NCBI GenBank assembly: GCA_041937175.2
Contig: CP166615.1
Coordinates: forward strand, 3,456,001 to 3,520,000
Direction of reading: 5' to 3'
DNA length: 64,000 bases
Origin: Limnothrix sp. BL-A-16
GTDB taxonomy: Bacteria > Cyanobacteriota > Cyanobacteriia > CACIAM-69d
The notes under the pieces were generated by a model. The model ran no database searches, was not told where the DNA came from, and saw nothing but the letters and a program-made list of their open reading frames with translations. The stretch's first letter is position 1. Each line of letters begins with the position of its first letter. Below are positions 20,011 through 29,826 of this stretch, in pieces. A program made the position numbers and the translations under genes.

Positions 20011-21690
20011 ATGACCATTGCGATCGACTTTGGAACCAGCAACACGGTGGTGACCTATCTCAACCCCGTAACCGGCAATCCCGAAACCCTGGATCTCAGT
20101 GGACTTTCGGTGCGACAGTCCCCCAACCCGCCGCTAATTCCCAGCCTGTTGTATGTGGCCCAGGCGGCCGAAGGTCAGGTGGTGGCCGGCCAAGCAGTGC
20201 GCGATCGGGGGCTGGATCAATTGGCCGATGGGCGCTTATTTCGGGGATTTAAGCGGGGGATCGGAACCGCTGTCCAAGGATTTGTGCCCGAGTTAGACGG
20301 GCGATCGGTGGATTTTGAGCAGGCGGGGCAGTGGTTTTTAGATGCCATTGCCCGCGCCCTGACAGAGCAGCAGTTTTGGGGCGGTGCAGGGGCCGGGTCA
20401 CAACTGATTTTGACCGTGCCGGTGGACAGTTTTGAGCAATACCGCAATTGGTTAACCCGGGCGATCGCCCAGTCGGCCTTGGGGCAAATTGAACAGGTGC
20501 GTTTGCTGGATGAGCCAACGGCAGCGGCTTTGGGCTATGGCGCAGGCGATCGGGACTTGGTGTTGGTGGTGGACTTTGGCGGCGGCACGTTGGATCTGTC
20601 CCTGGTGCGGCTCGATCGCCCCAGTGCCACCAGCGCCGGCCGGCCCTTGGGATTTCTGTTGAAGTGGGGGAACCGCGCCCTTGAGGATTCCCAACAAACC
20701 GTGAAAACCGCCAGGGTTTTGGCCAAAGCAGGCTTAAACCTGGGTGGATCCGATTTGGATAACTGGATTGTGGACTATTGGAGTCAACAGCGAGCTTCGG
20801 TGGATTTGCCAGGCAATACCTTGGGTAATTCCTCGGGCAATCTCGCGGGTCATTCTTTCCAGAAAACTCCAATTCTGCTGCGATTAGCGGAGCGAGTCAA
20901 AATTGCCCTTTCGCATCAGGAAACGGCCCAGGAAGTCTATTTTGATGACGTGACGTTTAATAGTCTAGAGCTAAGCCTTTCGCGCACGGAATTGGAAACT
21001 ATTTTGCGCGATCGGGGTCTGTTTCAACAGCTCGATCGGGCCTTAGATCAAATTTTTCAGCAAGCCCTTCGCCAGGGACTAGAACCCCAGTCGATCGAAG
21101 CGGTGTTATTGGTAGGTGGCACGAGCCAGATTCCTGCCATTCAATCCTGGATTCGTAACTATTTTCCTACCGAAAAAGTCGCCACCGATCGCCCCTTTGA
21201 AGCGATCGCCCAAGGAGCCTTGAAGCTGGCCAGCGGCTTAGAAGTGCGCGATTTTCTCTATCATGGCTACGGAATTCGCTATTGGAACCAACGGGAAAAG
21301 CGCCACAGTTGGCATCCCATCATCCCTAAAGGTCAGCCTTATCCCACCGCCAAGCCCGTTGAATTGCTCTTGGGAGCCTCCATTGAAAATCAACCCCAAA
21401 TTGAACTAATCATTGGAGAATTGGGCGACGAAGAACAACGCACTGAAATCTTTTTTGATGGCGATCGATTGGTCACCAAAACCATCGGCGGCCAAGCCTC
21501 AGTTCAACCGCTGAATGATCGTGATGGCGCACGCAGTTTGGCTCAACTGGATCCGCCTGGAATGCCTGGCATTGACCGAATTCGGGTGGCCTTTGAAGTG
21601 GATGCCGATCGCACCTTGCGAGTCACCGTTGAAGACTTACTGAGCGATCGCACTCTGCTCAACCAATGCCCGATCGCCCAACTGAGTTAA
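20011..21690 (+). CDS. Hsp70/DnaK-like family protein (atypical)
   Basis: AIDFGTSN, LDEPTAAALGY, VDFGGGTLDLS, LGGSDLD, LVGGTSQIP. Confidence 0.92.
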   Translation: MTIAIDFGTSNTVVTYLNPVTGNPETLDLSGLSVRQSPNPPLIPSLLYVAQAAEGQVVAGQAVRDRGLDQLADGRLFRGFKRGIGTAVQGFVPELDGRSVDFEQAGQWFLDAIARALTEQQFWGGAGAGSQLILTVPVDSFEQYRNWLTRAIAQSALGQIEQVRLLDEPTAAALGYGAGDRDLVLVVDFGGGTLDLSLVRLDRPSATSAGRPLGFLLKWGNRALEDSQQTVKTARVLAKAGLNLGGSDLDNWIVDYWSQQRASVDLPGNTLGNSSGNLAGHSFQKTPILLRLAERVKIALSHQETAQEVYFDDVTFNSLELSLSRTELETILRDRGLFQQLDRALDQIFQQALRQGLEPQSIEAVLLVGGTSQIPAIQSWIRNYFPTEKVATDRPFEAIAQGALKLASGLEVRDFLYHGYGIRYWNQREKRHSWHPIIPKGQPYPTAKPVELLLGASIENQPQIELIIGELGDEEQRTEIFFDGDRLVTKTIGGQASVQPLNDRDGARSLAQLDPPGMPGIDRIRVAFEVDADRTLRVTVEDLLSDRTLLNQCPIAQLS

Positions 21691-22749
21691 GTCCTGGTGA
21701 GTCCCGCCATTCCTGAGCTTGCTGTTAATCCCTGGTCACTCCTGAACCAGCGCCAGGCACAGCCCAAGGGGTGTTTCGCCAATTCGTAGCCTCCCCAACC
21801 GAAAGGCCGCATTGGGGCACGATGTGCAAGGGTTGGCGAGTATTGACTCGTATTCGTTAGCATGAGCAAGATAAAACATTCAACTTCAGTCTCGGCTGCA
21901 TTGGGCTGCATTGGGTGCTATTGGGTGCAATAGAACTCCGATGTGGTCTAAGCTCCTATTCTGAATTCACCTGAGTTCGGGATAGTTTGAAACCTCTCAA
22001 CTTCTAATGGGTAAGCTAGATCCCAAAAGGCCGTTAGCAAACCATTAGGTACTTAGGGCGGGCAAGGGTAACTTCAGAAGTTCTAAACCCAACCCAAGAT
22101 CAACAACAATTGATAGTTTCTGCCTATCCCTTGCTCACGTTTTAACTGTTGACTGATCTTCCAATTCCGATCGCCCTGATCCCGATCGTGCGTCCTCGAT
22201 TTTGGATTGGGGAACTGGAATTGTCATGGTTAAACCTAGGATGTCTTTAGGTCTTTCCCGGGGTCTAGTTGTGCCATTTTTTACAATCAATTTCCGATTA
22301 TTGTTTCGATTGTTGCCGCCGCTTGATCCAGCCAACCTGACTTAGTTGAGGAAAATTTGACCTGAAAGTCGATGAAGCAGGATGAAAGATTCAACAAACT
22401 CCACCTGCAACCCGACTGATATCAACCACTAGTGCTTTAGGTCTTAGGAATTTGGGGGGTTAGAAATTTTTCAGCATCGATCACCACTAGTCCTTAGCCC
22501 ATGGATCCCAATCCCAGTGCGCTCATCACCCATCGGAGCTAGTTGTCTCTTGGTGAATATCATTCCTGTCCATTGACCGCGATCGCTTCCGAAACGCGAT
22601 CGATTGCCAAAAATAGTGCTATTCAGGAGTTTGAGTTAGGGGGTAACCAACAGCGCTCTGGAGTGCTGAAGCGGGGTGAATCGCCCCCCTAGTTGCATCA
22701 CTCCAGTGCAGCAGAATCCAGTCGTGCTGAGTGAGGATCACCTGTCAGA

Positions 22750-23874
22750 ATGCGCAATTCGATCACCGCCCGCACCGATGCCAATGTTGCGGCCAGTTAC
22801 CCATCTCTCTCATCCAGTCCTCTCTCCCACCCGATCGCATCGCCAGACATGGAGTCCAGCCGCAAACACTACTCACTGTTGATCGTTGACGACACTCCCG
22901 ACAACGTGGATCTGTTGCGGCGCTACCTGATGCGCTTCAAGAAATTTCGCATTCAAAGTGTTGAAAACGGTCAACTGGCCCTTGAATATCTGCAAAATGT
23001 GCCACCGAAGGATCATCCTGACCTGATTTTGATGGATGTGGTGATGCCAAAGCTGAACGGGTTTGAGACCTATCGTGCTTTGCAAACCCTTTATCCTGAC
23101 TGGGATGTGCCCGTAATCTTCATGACGGGCCTTTCGGACTTGTCCAGCAAGCTTGAAGGGCTGGAACTGGGCGCAGTGGACTACATCATCAAGCCCTTTC
23201 AAAAAGAAGAAGTCTTAGCCCGTATTGAACTGCAATTGCGGCTTTTGGACTTAACTCGGCAGTTACGAGCCAAAAATGAAGAACTGGAGCGGGAGGTGGC
23301 AGAGCGGCAGCGGGTGGAAGCCACGCTGCTGACGGTGAATTTGGAACTGGAGCGCCTGGCCACCAGCGACGGCCTGACGCAGGTGGCAAACCGGCGCTGC
23401 TTTGACACCACGATTAATCGCGAGTGGCAACGCCTGGCCCAGGATCATCGTCCAATGTCGTTGGTGCTCTGTGATGTGGACTACTTCAAGCGCTTCAACG
23501 ACCATTACGGTCATCAAGCGGGAGATGATTGTTTGATTCAAGTGGCCCGCACCTTGCAGGATGGCACACGCCGGGCGACGGATTTGGTGGCTCGCTATGG
23601 GGGGGAAGAGTTCGCGATCCTGTTGCCGGACACGGACTTGACAATGGCCGTGGAGGTGATCGATCGACTGCGACGGGCGATCGAGAATTTAAAAATTCCC
23701 CACGAGCGATCGGAAGCTAGCCCCTGGGTCACAGTCAGTTTGGGCTTAGCCTGTCAGTTTCCCAAAATGGGCAATACTCCCCAAAATCTGATCGCTGCCG
23801 CCGATGCGGCCCTCTACGAAGCCAAACAGCAAGGGCGCAATACCTATTGCAAGCGCTATCTCTTGGAGAGCTAG
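22750..23874 (+). CDS. REC-GGDEF diguanylate cyclase
   Basis: LIVDD, LILMDVVMP, DYIIKPF; DGLTQVANRR, DVDYFKRFND.YGH..GD, RATD I-site, RYGGEEF. Alternative start 22849. Confidence 0.95.
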   Translation: MRNSITARTDANVAASYPSLSSSPLSHPIASPDMESSRKHYSLLIVDDTPDNVDLLRRYLMRFKKFRIQSVENGQLALEYLQNVPPKDHPDLILMDVVMPKLNGFETYRALQTLYPDWDVPVIFMTGLSDLSSKLEGLELGAVDYIIKPFQKEEVLARIELQLRLLDLTRQLRAKNEELEREVAERQRVEATLLTVNLELERLATSDGLTQVANRRCFDTTINREWQRLAQDHRPMSLVLCDVDYFKRFNDHYGHQAGDDCLIQVARTLQDGTRRATDLVARYGGEEFAILLPDTDLTMAVEVIDRLRRAIENLKIPHERSEASPWVTVSLGLACQFPKMGNTPQNLIAAADAALYEAKQQGRNTYCKRYLLES

Positions 23875-24070
23875 GGCCCGCTAACCAGATGCCAAAAGCT
23901 GGATGCTTTGATACTTGGGCATCCATCGCCCAGAATTAACCGCCCAACATCAGCGGCTCAGAATTCGCTGCTCAGAATTAACCGCCCAGCATCAATCGCT
24001 CGCAATTTGCGATCGGTTCTGTTGCCGGTCTGTGGTAGTCTCAGGCCGGTTTTGAGCGATCCCCAGCGCC

Positions 24071-24628
24071 ATGAACGTCACGCCGACCGAGATTCCCGAT
24101 GTTTTGCTGATTGAGCCGAGGGTCTTTGGAGACGATCGCGGCTTTTTTTATGAGAGCTTCAACAGTCGCACCTTTGCGGACAAAACTGGCCTCGATGTGA
24201 CCTTTGTGCAGGACAACCATTCCAAGTCCGTGAAAAATGTGCTGCGCGGCCTCCATTACCAGGTGCAACAGCCCCAGGGCAAATTGGTACGGGCCGGAGC
24301 CGGAGCGCTGTTTGATGTGGCGGTGGATATTCGGCGCGGGTCGCCCACCTTTGGCCAATGGGTGGGCTATGAGCTGAGCGCGGAAAACAAGCGCCAACTC
24401 TGGATTCCGCCGGGATTCGCCCATGGGTTCCTCACCCTGACCGATACGGCGGAATTGCTCTATAAGGCGACGGATTTCTATTGTCCAGCGGGCGATCGAT
24501 CAATTCTCTGGAACGATCCGCAAATCAACATCGCCTGGAACCTGGACGGTGAACCGATCCTGTCGGGCAAAGACCAGGCGGCCAAACCCTTGGCAGAAGC
24601 AGATCTGTTTGAATACGGGCAAATCTAG
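24071..24628 (+). CDS. rfbC: dTDP-4-dehydrorhamnose 3,5-epimerase
   Basis: DDRGFFYESF, VQDNHS, LRGLHYQ, PPGFAHGF. Confidence 0.98.
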   Translation: MNVTPTEIPDVLLIEPRVFGDDRGFFYESFNSRTFADKTGLDVTFVQDNHSKSVKNVLRGLHYQVQQPQGKLVRAGAGALFDVAVDIRRGSPTFGQWVGYELSAENKRQLWIPPGFAHGFLTLTDTAELLYKATDFYCPAGDRSILWNDPQINIAWNLDGEPILSGKDQAAKPLAEADLFEYGQI

Positions 24629-24640
24629 GATCGCGGAACC

Positions 24641-25519
24641 ATGCGGATTTTATTGACGGGCGCACAGGGGCAGTTGGGCGAGGCCCTGCAACCGGTGCTA
24701 GGCGAGATCGGGGAGCTGACGGCGGCCGGGCGCGATCGGGTCAACCTGGCCGACACCGCCACGCTCTACGACGCGGTGATCGCCTTGCAGCCGGATTTGA
24801 TCGTGAACGCCGCCGCCTACACGGCCGTGGACAAGGCGGAAACCGAAGCCGACTTAGCAATGGCCGTCAACGGCACGGCTCCCGGGATTTTGGCCCAGGC
24901 GGCCAAGGATTTGGGCGGGCGGCTGATCCATGTGTCCACGGATTACGTGTTCAACGGGCAGCAGGGGCGACCCTACCGGGAAACCGACCCCACCGATCCA
25001 CTGGGCAGCTACGGGCGATCGAAGCTGGCGGGGGAAACGGCGATTTTGACCACAGCCCCGAACCAGAGCGCGATCGTCCGTACCGCTTGGGTCTATGGCG
25101 CAGGCAAAACCGGCAACTTTGTGAAAACGATGATTCGGCTGGCGACCGATCGCCCGGAACTGCGGGTGGTGGCGGATCAAATCGGTTCGCCCACCTGGAC
25201 GCGGGACTTGGCCGGGGCGATCGGGCAGCTCGCCGGCCGCCTGGATCCCGACACCGCCGGGGTCTACCACTACACCAACAGCGGGGCCGTTAGCTGGTAT
25301 GACTTTGCCGTGGCGATCATCGAAGAGGCCCGCGCCTTGGGATTGGAACTTGCGGTGGAACGGATCGTCCCGATCGCCACGGAGGATTATCCAACTCCGG
25401 CCCAGCGCCCGTCCTATTCGGTGCTGTGGGGCGGCAAGTTGGCGGCGTTGCTCGGCAGTCCGGCTCCCCATTGGCGGGCCAGCCTCCGCAAAATGCTGCC
25501 AGAACTGCTGAACCGCTAG
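24641..25519 (+). CDS. rfbD: dTDP-4-dehydrorhamnose reductase
   Basis: GAQGQLG, NAAAYTAVDKAE, STDYVF, YGRSKLAGE, DQIGSPT. Confidence 0.98.
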   Translation: MRILLTGAQGQLGEALQPVLGEIGELTAAGRDRVNLADTATLYDAVIALQPDLIVNAAAYTAVDKAETEADLAMAVNGTAPGILAQAAKDLGGRLIHVSTDYVFNGQQGRPYRETDPTDPLGSYGRSKLAGETAILTTAPNQSAIVRTAWVYGAGKTGNFVKTMIRLATDRPELRVVADQIGSPTWTRDLAGAIGQLAGRLDPDTAGVYHYTNSGAVSWYDFAVAIIEEARALGLELAVERIVPIATEDYPTPAQRPSYSVLWGGKLAALLGSPAPHWRASLRKMLPELLNR

Positions 25520-25535
25520 GTTACTCCCACAGCAT

Positions 25536-25659
25536 CAGACAAGGGGCTTAAGCCCCTTGCCCCCAACGATTAAACGATTACTCAACCGCTTCACCTCGAC
25601 AATCCCAGACAAGGGGATTAAGCCCCTTGCCCCCAACGATTAAACGATTACTCAACCGC
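25536..25659. repeat. Two 54-bp direct repeats (70-bp period), each containing the 20-bp palindrome
   Basis: CAGACAAGGGG(C/A)TTAAGCCCCTTGCCCCCAACGATTAAACGATTACTCAACCGC at 25536 and 25606. Confidence 0.9.
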
Positions 25660-25679
25660 GATCGCAGCGAGTTAATAAT

Positions 25680-26753
25680 ATGAAAGCCTTGATTCTTTCG
25701 GGTGGCAAAGGAACCCGCCTGCGACCCCTGACCTATACGGGTGCAAAACAGCTCGTGCCGGTGGCCAACAAGCCAATTCTTTGGTATGGCATCGAGCGAA
25801 TTGTGGCGGCAGGCATCACCGATATTGGGATTATTATCAGCCCGGAAACCGGCGACGAAGTGCGCGAAAAAACCGGCGATGGCAGTCGCTTTGGCGCAAA
25901 GATTACCTATATTTTGCAGGAGCATCCGTCGGGATTGGCCCACGCGGTTTCCGTGGGGCAAGAGTTCCTCGGTGACTCGCCATTCATCATGTATTTGGGC
26001 GATAACGTCATCCAAGCGGATTTGGGGCAGTTTATCGACCAATTTAAAAAGCCCGGTGTCGATTCGGTCATTATTCTGCGAGAAGTGCCCGATCCGCGTG
26101 CCTTTGGGGTGGCGGAAGTGGACGCGGCGGGCCGGGTGGTTCGGTTGGTGGAAAAACCGAAAAATCCTCCTTCCAATTTGGCGATGGTGGGGATCTATTT
26201 CTTTCAGCCGGTGATTCACGAGGCGATCGCCCAAATCCAGCCTTCAGCCCGGGGCGAATTGGAAATTGTAGACGCGATCCAAAAGCTGATTGATACGGGC
26301 AAAACCGTTGAGGCTTGCACCCTGGAAGGTTGGTGGTTGGACACCGGTAAAAAGGATGATTTGCTAGAAACCAACCGGATTATTCTTGATACGGATTTGC
26401 AGCCTTGGAACTACGGCGAGGTTGATGAATCGAGCAAAATTATTGGGCGGGTGGAAATTGGTAAAGGCTCAAAAGTGATCAATTCCACGGTGCGCGGCCC
26501 GGCGGTAATTGGTGAAAATTGCACGATCGAGAATTGCTACATTGGCCCCTACAGCAGCATCAGCGATCGCGCCCATTTGGTGGATGTGGATTTGGATCAC
26601 AGCGTGGTCTTGGAAGGGGCGGAAATTGTGGGCGTAACGGAGCGGATTATTGACAGCGTGATCGGTCAACGGGTGAAGCTCCATGTGGGGCCGAAACGCC
26701 CGAAGGCTCTGCGCTTCATGATCGGTGATGATTCCCACATCGAATTGACCTAG
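25680..26753 (+). CDS. rfbA: Glucose-1-phosphate thymidylyltransferase (long form with beta-helix C-terminus)
   Basis: ILSGGKGTRLRPLT, AKQLVPVANKP, YLGDN, VEKP, SARGELEI, WLDTG. Confidence 0.93.
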   Translation: MKALILSGGKGTRLRPLTYTGAKQLVPVANKPILWYGIERIVAAGITDIGIIISPETGDEVREKTGDGSRFGAKITYILQEHPSGLAHAVSVGQEFLGDSPFIMYLGDNVIQADLGQFIDQFKKPGVDSVIILREVPDPRAFGVAEVDAAGRVVRLVEKPKNPPSNLAMVGIYFFQPVIHEAIAQIQPSARGELEIVDAIQKLIDTGKTVEACTLEGWWLDTGKKDDLLETNRIILDTDLQPWNYGEVDESSKIIGRVEIGKGSKVINSTVRGPAVIGENCTIENCYIGPYSSISDRAHLVDVDLDHSVVLEGAEIVGVTERIIDSVIGQRVKLHVGPKRPKALRFMIGDDSHIELT

Positions 26754-26773
26754 GATGATTGCGGCCTCTGGGG

Positions 26774-26835
26774 CAAGGGGCTTAAGCCCCTTGTCTCAAC
26801 CGCTGATAGCCCAAACAAGGGGCTTAAACCCCTTG
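26774..26835. repeat. Pair of REP-like 20-bp palindromes
   Basis: CAAGGGGCTTAAGCCCCTTG at 26774 and a 1-mismatch copy at 26816. Confidence 0.9.
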
Positions 26836-26887
26836 TCTTTGGTTCTTTGATGGTCGGGTGTTTGGGGGTTGATTCTGATAGGGCGAA

Positions 26888-27769
26888 ATGCCGATTTTTT
26901 ATTTCGTTGTTGTGAATTATTGGTGCGGGGAATCGATCGCCCAATTATTACGATCGCTGGCCCAAGATTGCCCCGATCAGGATTACCAAATCCTGATTGT
27001 CAATAATTCACCGGAGGATCGATCGCTCGACTCGTTTCCCACTGAATTCGCCCATTGCACGATCCTAGAAACGGGCGAAAACTTGGGGTTTGGGCGGGCC
27101 TGCAATCGGGCGATCGCCTGGGTGGCTGATCGCGATCCAGGGGCGATCGTTTGGCTAATCAATCCCGATGCTTGGCTACCGGCGGGAACGATCGCGGCGG
27201 CCCGATCGCTCCTGGGCCAAGCCGATTGGGCAATTTTGGGCACGGCGATCGATCAACCCGACGGCCGGCCGGAATTTCGCGGCGGCCGGTTCGATCAGCG
27301 ATCAGGTTTAATCGAGCCGATCGCCCAAGAAATCTCCACCGCTGCCCCAATTCAGCCCACGGATTGGGTGAGTGGTTGCAGTTTGCTGATTCATTTGGTG
27401 GCGTTTCGCGAGCCACCCCAGTTCGATCGCCGCTTCTTTTTGTATTACGAAGATTTCGAGTTTTGCCGCCGCTACGCCCGCCAAGGCTATTCGGTGGCGA
27501 TCGCCCCGAGCCTGCGGGTGATCCATGCCACCTCGACGGTGACGGGCCGCGAACCGGAGCGGAAATTGCGCTGGTCGATCGGGGGCTATCTGTTGGCCCT
27601 GGCCATTCACGGCAGCCCTTGGGCGCTGATCTATCGGTTGGCGCGGATTGTGATTAGCGCGATCGCCCAGTGGCCGCAGCATCCCGCCCGATCGCGCGCC
27701 AAGCTCCAAGGCGCGGTCGATGCTTGGCAAAGTTGGCGATCCACACGCAACGGCTCCGCGCGGCGCTAA
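26888..27769 (+). CDS. Glycosyltransferase family 2 (WbbL/rhamnosyltransferase-like)
   Basis: VVVNY, NLGFGRACN, LINPDA, DWVSGCSL, FDRRFFLYYED; follows the rfb genes. Confidence 0.88.
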   Translation: MPIFYFVVVNYWCGESIAQLLRSLAQDCPDQDYQILIVNNSPEDRSLDSFPTEFAHCTILETGENLGFGRACNRAIAWVADRDPGAIVWLINPDAWLPAGTIAAARSLLGQADWAILGTAIDQPDGRPEFRGGRFDQRSGLIEPIAQEISTAAPIQPTDWVSGCSLLIHLVAFREPPQFDRRFFLYYEDFEFCRRYARQGYSVAIAPSLRVIHATSTVTGREPERKLRWSIGGYLLALAIHGSPWALIYRLARIVISAIAQWPQHPARSRAKLQGAVDAWQSWRSTRNGSARR

Positions 27770-27809
27770 AGTAAAGCTCGACTTGCTTGGCCCACTTTTT
27801 CGGAAACCT

Positions 27810-29699
27810 ATGCTGGACTTGCGCTTAACTCGATCGCTGCCGGAGCCGTTGCGCTCTTGGATGGGGCGGCTGGCGGCTTTGGACGATCGGGGGCGGGGCT
27901 GGCTAGGCCTGGCTTGGGTCTTGTTGGTTTGGGCGATCGCCCTGTTTTGGCACTCGGGCAGCGTGGGGCTGGTGGACGAAACGGAGCCGATGTTTTCGGA
28001 AGCGGCCCGCCAAATGGCCGTCACTGGCGATTGGATCACGCCCTATTTCAACGGAGCCACCCGCTTCGACAAGCCGCCGCTGATCTATTGGCTGACGGCG
28101 ATCGCCTACAAAATCTTGGGTGTGAACGAGTGGGCCGTGCGGTTGCCCTCGGGGTTGGCGGCCTTGGCGACGATCGGCTTTAGCTTTGCGACCCTCTGGC
28201 GGTTTTCTGTAACTGGCGAAGCGCGCCAACAAGCGCCTTGGCGACCCTGGTTAGTTGGGGCGATCGGGGCTGGAACGATCGCCTTTTCGCCCCACATGAT
28301 CATCTGGGGTCGGGTCGGCGTGTCCGATATGTTGCTCACCGGCTGCATCAGCACCGCCCTGCTGGCCTTTTTTTGGGGCTATGCCAGTGATCGCCCTCGG
28401 GTCAAGCGTCTTGGGTATCTCGGGTTTTATGTGGCCCTCGCCTTGGCGGTGCTGACCAAAGGGCCGGTGGGCGTGGTGTTACCGGGCGGGATTGTGCTGG
28501 CCTTTGCGCTCTATGTGGGCGAATTCAAGCAGCTATGGAAGGAAGCGAAGCCGCTGTGGGGCTTGCTGCTGGTGGCGGTGCTGTCGATTCCCTGGTTTGT
28601 GCTGGTGATTTTGGCTAATGGGGATGCCTACGTTGAGTCCTTCTTTGGCTACCACAATATTGATCGGTTCACCCGCGTGGTGAATCAGCATTCGGCTCCT
28701 TGGTTTTTCTATTTCATTGTGGTGGCTTGGGGCTTTGCGCCCTGGTCGGTCTATCTGCCGATCGCCCTGGGCCGGCTAGAAATTTGGCGGCGCAAGTGGT
28801 GGCTGCGGCGATCGCGATCGGAGCGGCTGCCTTTGTTTGCGGGCGCTTGGTTTTTGGGCGTGTTTGGCTTTTTCACGATCGCGGTGACCAAGTTGCCCAG
28901 CTACGTTGTCCCGCTCATGCCGGCCGGTGGGCTACTGGTGGCGTTGCTGTGGCGGGACTTGCTGAGTGGTGATCTGGCTTCCCGCCGATCGATGCCCCGG
29001 CCGGGGTTGAGCGAACCGCCGATCGCCACGGAAGATCAGGTTTCACCGGGATTCCACCGCAGCGCGATCGCGGCGGTGGCTGTGATGGGGATTTTGGCGA
29101 TCGCCCTCAGTGCCCAAAACCTCTGGCTACCGTTGATTAAAGATCCGACCATGCCGCGCATTCGGGAGGTGTTGATCGAATCTGGAGCCATCACGCGAGG
29201 GGCGATCGATTGGGCAATCACCGCTGTCCTCAGTGTGGTGGTGATTTACCGGCGGCGCTATCGCTGGCTGTGGCTGCTCATGTGGGTCGGTGGTGTGCTG
29301 TTTTTTGTGGGCACGATCGTGCCGGTAACCTTCGCCCTCGATTCCCAACGTCAATTGCCCCTGCGGATCCTGTCGGCGGATGTAATTCGGGTACGACAAC
29401 CGGACGAGGAGTTGATGATGGTGGGCTTTGCCAAGCCGAGTGTGGTGTTCTACACCCAGCAAATCGTTAACTTCTCCCAACGGGCGACCCCGTTAATTGA
29501 AGGAGAGCGGGAAGCCCTCAAGATTAATCCCAACCCCAAACCTGCCACGGTGTTGTTGCTGGGCGATCGCAAAAAATTGGCGGAAACCGGTTTAGACCAA
29601 GTGGGTCAACCGATTGCCGCCGCTGGTTCCTATCAATTATTCCGGGTCGATCGGCGTGCCTTTGCGAACCACCAACCGCCCACTGATCCAGACGATTAA
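27810..29699 (+). CDS. ArnT/GT39-83-type integral membrane glycosyltransferase
   Basis: DETEP.F.EAARQM, PYFNG..RFDKPPLIYW, LTKGPVG, TKLPSYV; multiple TM segments. Confidence 0.9.
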   Translation: MLDLRLTRSLPEPLRSWMGRLAALDDRGRGWLGLAWVLLVWAIALFWHSGSVGLVDETEPMFSEAARQMAVTGDWITPYFNGATRFDKPPLIYWLTAIAYKILGVNEWAVRLPSGLAALATIGFSFATLWRFSVTGEARQQAPWRPWLVGAIGAGTIAFSPHMIIWGRVGVSDMLLTGCISTALLAFFWGYASDRPRVKRLGYLGFYVALALAVLTKGPVGVVLPGGIVLAFALYVGEFKQLWKEAKPLWGLLLVAVLSIPWFVLVILANGDAYVESFFGYHNIDRFTRVVNQHSAPWFFYFIVVAWGFAPWSVYLPIALGRLEIWRRKWWLRRSRSERLPLFAGAWFLGVFGFFTIAVTKLPSYVVPLMPAGGLLVALLWRDLLSGDLASRRSMPRPGLSEPPIATEDQVSPGFHRSAIAAVAVMGILAIALSAQNLWLPLIKDPTMPRIREVLIESGAITRGAIDWAITAVLSVVVIYRRRYRWLWLLMWVGGVLFFVGTIVPVTFALDSQRQLPLRILSADVIRVRQPDEELMMVGFAKPSVVFYTQQIVNFSQRATPLIEGEREALKINPNPKPATVLLLGDRKKLAETGLDQVGQPIAAAGSYQLFRVDRRAFANHQPPTDPDD

Positions 29700-29735
29700 C
29701 CTGCAAGGTTCAACGATAGAAAGCGCTTGACGGGG

Positions 29736-29755
29736 CAAGGGGTTGAAACCCCTTG
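29736..29755. repeat. REP-like palindrome (variant)
   Basis: CAAGGGGTTGAAACCCCTTG between convergent genes. Confidence 0.75.
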
Positions 29756-29826
29756 TCTAGATTGGTCTTGGCCCTTGTCTAGATTTGACCTGCCTAGCTT
29801 GGGACAGTCTGGATCTGGATTGTCAC

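Noticed and set aside
24071..26753. rfb cluster lacking rfbB
   Set aside because: Dispersed rml/rfb genes are common in cyanobacteria; rfbB is probably elsewhere in the genome.
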